Below, in pieces: positions 62,411-64,000 of a stretch of 64,000 bases of DNA (position 1 is its first letter; each line of letters starts with the position of its first letter). The DNA lies in the NCBI GenBank assembly GCA_963693365.1, contig CAVNZM010000009.1, positions 1,118,231 to 1,182,230 on the forward strand. Direction: 5' to 3'. The notes under the pieces are model-generated. The model was not told the DNA's origin and did no database searches. It saw nothing but the letters and a program-made list of their open reading frames with translations. The DNA comes from Amoebidium appalachense. Its lineage: Eukaryota; Protista; Ichthyosporea. The position numbers were made by a program, and so were the translations under genes.

Positions 62411-63864
62411 GGGGGGGGGGGGAGGCAAACCTGTGGTGTCGAGGAGATGGGCTGTGGACGAATGCCAATGGGTGTTTTGAGTCTCTTCTTGGTTGCCTCC
62501 TCGGCAAGCTGTATATAACGGGAAAAGGGTAAATTAATAATATCTTAACCTATGGTCCTGGAAAATATGTACCCCCCCCCCCCCCCCTCCCCCCCCTCTC
62601 CCCTCCCCTCCCCCCCCCCCCCCCCCCCCCTCCCTTCCCCCATTTAGCCAAACAGCAAAGGCATGTTGTTGTTAACCTCATTCCCCACCACCCTTTCTTC
62701 CTCTCCTGTCTGCAACTTACACATTCCCGTCTATTCGTCAGATGCCCTCCCCCCCCCCCCCCCCCCCTCCCCCCCTCCTCTCCTCCCCTCCCCCCCCCCC
62801 CCCGGGGGGGTGGGGGGAGGGAGGGGGGTTTGAGCTGGCATATTTCCTCACAATTAAAGCTCCCATGAATATCCAAAATCTCCAACCACTGAGCCCCTAC
62901 TGATTATACAAGTTTCCTCTTCAGTTAACCCCCCCCCCCCCCCCCCCCCGCTCCTCCTCTCGAGTATACAATCTTCTTCATCCGTAAAGCCTCTCACTGA
63001 ATCCACACATTTCCTTTTAAGCAAACCCCCCACCCCCCTCTGATTCCACAAATTTCATATCCATCAAAACCCCCACCTCCTCCTCGGTCATAAACAGCAT
63101 CTCATCGACACTTAATTGCGGCTGCACGGGTGGTGGGGGGGTTCTTTGGTGGGCCACAAACGGGGGGGTTTGTATGTGCGCCATGCCGGTCAGACTTATG
63201 TCCATCGGGTTGGTGCAAAAACCTGGAGCTGTGTGGTGTAAGTAAGTGATTTGCCGAAAATTTCTTGGACTTATACAACCCCCCCCCCCCCCCCCCCCCC
63301 CCCCCTTCCCCCCCACCCCACAAAATAAGAAAGAGAGAAAAGAAAAGAAAAGAAAAGAAAAGAAAACAGAGAAACGAAAAGACGAAATGAAATGAAAAAA
63401 GAAAGAGAACGAAAAGAAAGGAAGGAAGGAATAAAAAAATAAAAAAGAACGAAAAACATTTCAATACAAGGAAAAGAAGTGTTTAGGAAAGTAAGCTGCA
63501 TTGAAATCGGACAAACCCATTATCCCATTATGCCCAAAGGTATCCTTACACGACACACAGACGAGTGTGTCGTGCATGCAACTGCCCCCCCGGAAATCGT
63601 GGTGAGGAAACGGATGGGAGCAGTTAAGAGAAGGTCAAAGGCGGTGGGTGGATAAAGGATGGGTGGGGGGGGGGAAGAAGGGGGGGAGGGGGGAGGGGGG
63701 GGGGGGGGGGGGAGGAGAGGGGGGAGGGGGGGGGAAGGAGAGGGGGGGTGGGGGGAGGGGGGGGGGGGGGGGGGTATATGCACTTCTGTGATAGAAAATG
63801 ATTCATCAAATGCACAAAAAAGACAAAGGGCAGTAAATGACACATGAAGGTGGGGGGGGGGGGG

Positions 63865-63905
<41 letters not shown>

Positions 63906-63942
63906 GAGTGCACGTTTTGCATATATAGGAACAGTGGAACCG
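57519..63942 (-). CDS. 5'-truncated gene: Cys-rich zinc-finger-like segment, coiled coil and C-terminal Z-alpha-like winged-helix domain (~283 aa in window)
   Basis: Ten phase-consistent GT-AG exons: 63942-63914, 63581-63517, 63222(or 63228)-63077, 62508-62431, 61856-61746, 61125-60990, 60134-60063, 59801-59750, 59150-59064, 57594-57519. N-terminal YICKTC...[12 protein letters not shown]-terminal [66 protein letters not shown]. The two most upstream exons are less certain. Confidence 0.8.
57723..58134. mobile_element. 412-bp MITE with CAC termini and 2-bp TSD (CMC/EnSpm-like), in the last intron of the Z-alpha-like gene
   Basis: Perfect 19-bp TIR CACCCATTAACCGAACACC / GGTGTTCGGTTAATGGGTG, extending imperfectly inward; AG on both flanks (57721-57722 and 58135-58136). 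Confidence 0.72.
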
Positions 63943-64000
63943 CTGAAAACAAGACTGGTAGGCTAAATATCATGCACACTGCAGTGGTGTTCACATAAAA

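Overview
Eukaryotic genomic DNA with dense GT-AG spliceosomal introns. The gene content suggests a unicellular opisthokont/holozoan-like protist, which is an inference. Introns and 3' flanks are full of (CA)n/(GT)n, (GA)n and poly-G/poly-C tracts, while exons and promoters are largely free of them; most ORFs in the supplied track are microsatellite artefacts. By joining exons by hand with matching phases I reconstruct 10 protein-coding genes: a divergent hexokinase (-, 3' end off-window), a secreted fasciclin-domain protein (+), an intronless hypothetical protein (-), fidgetin-like 1 AAA ATPase (+, 16 exons including a 13-nt microexon), a PAP2 lipid phosphate phosphatase (-), a YhhN/TMEM86 lysoplasmalogenase (+), a T1-less Kv-type K+ channel (+), a ~1340-aa J-domain/ankyrin/GW-repeat/UBA/CCCH protein (-), an RluA-type pseudouridine synthase (+), and a 5'-truncated gene (-) ending in a Z-alpha-like winged-helix domain. 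There are also two non-autonomous DNA transposons, a ~380-bp tandem duplication, and a short intronic element found only in sense orientation and followed by C-runs. Most notable: (1) a Z-alpha-like protein, split over three small exons and not visible intact in the ORF track, in a genome rich in Z-prone repeats; (2) a GW182-like DnaJ-GW-UBA-CCCH protein; (3) the sense-only intronic element; (4) introns whose acceptors sit on (CA)n arrays, some with complementary repeats at the 5' end. All family calls come from motif recognition by eye; no searches were run.
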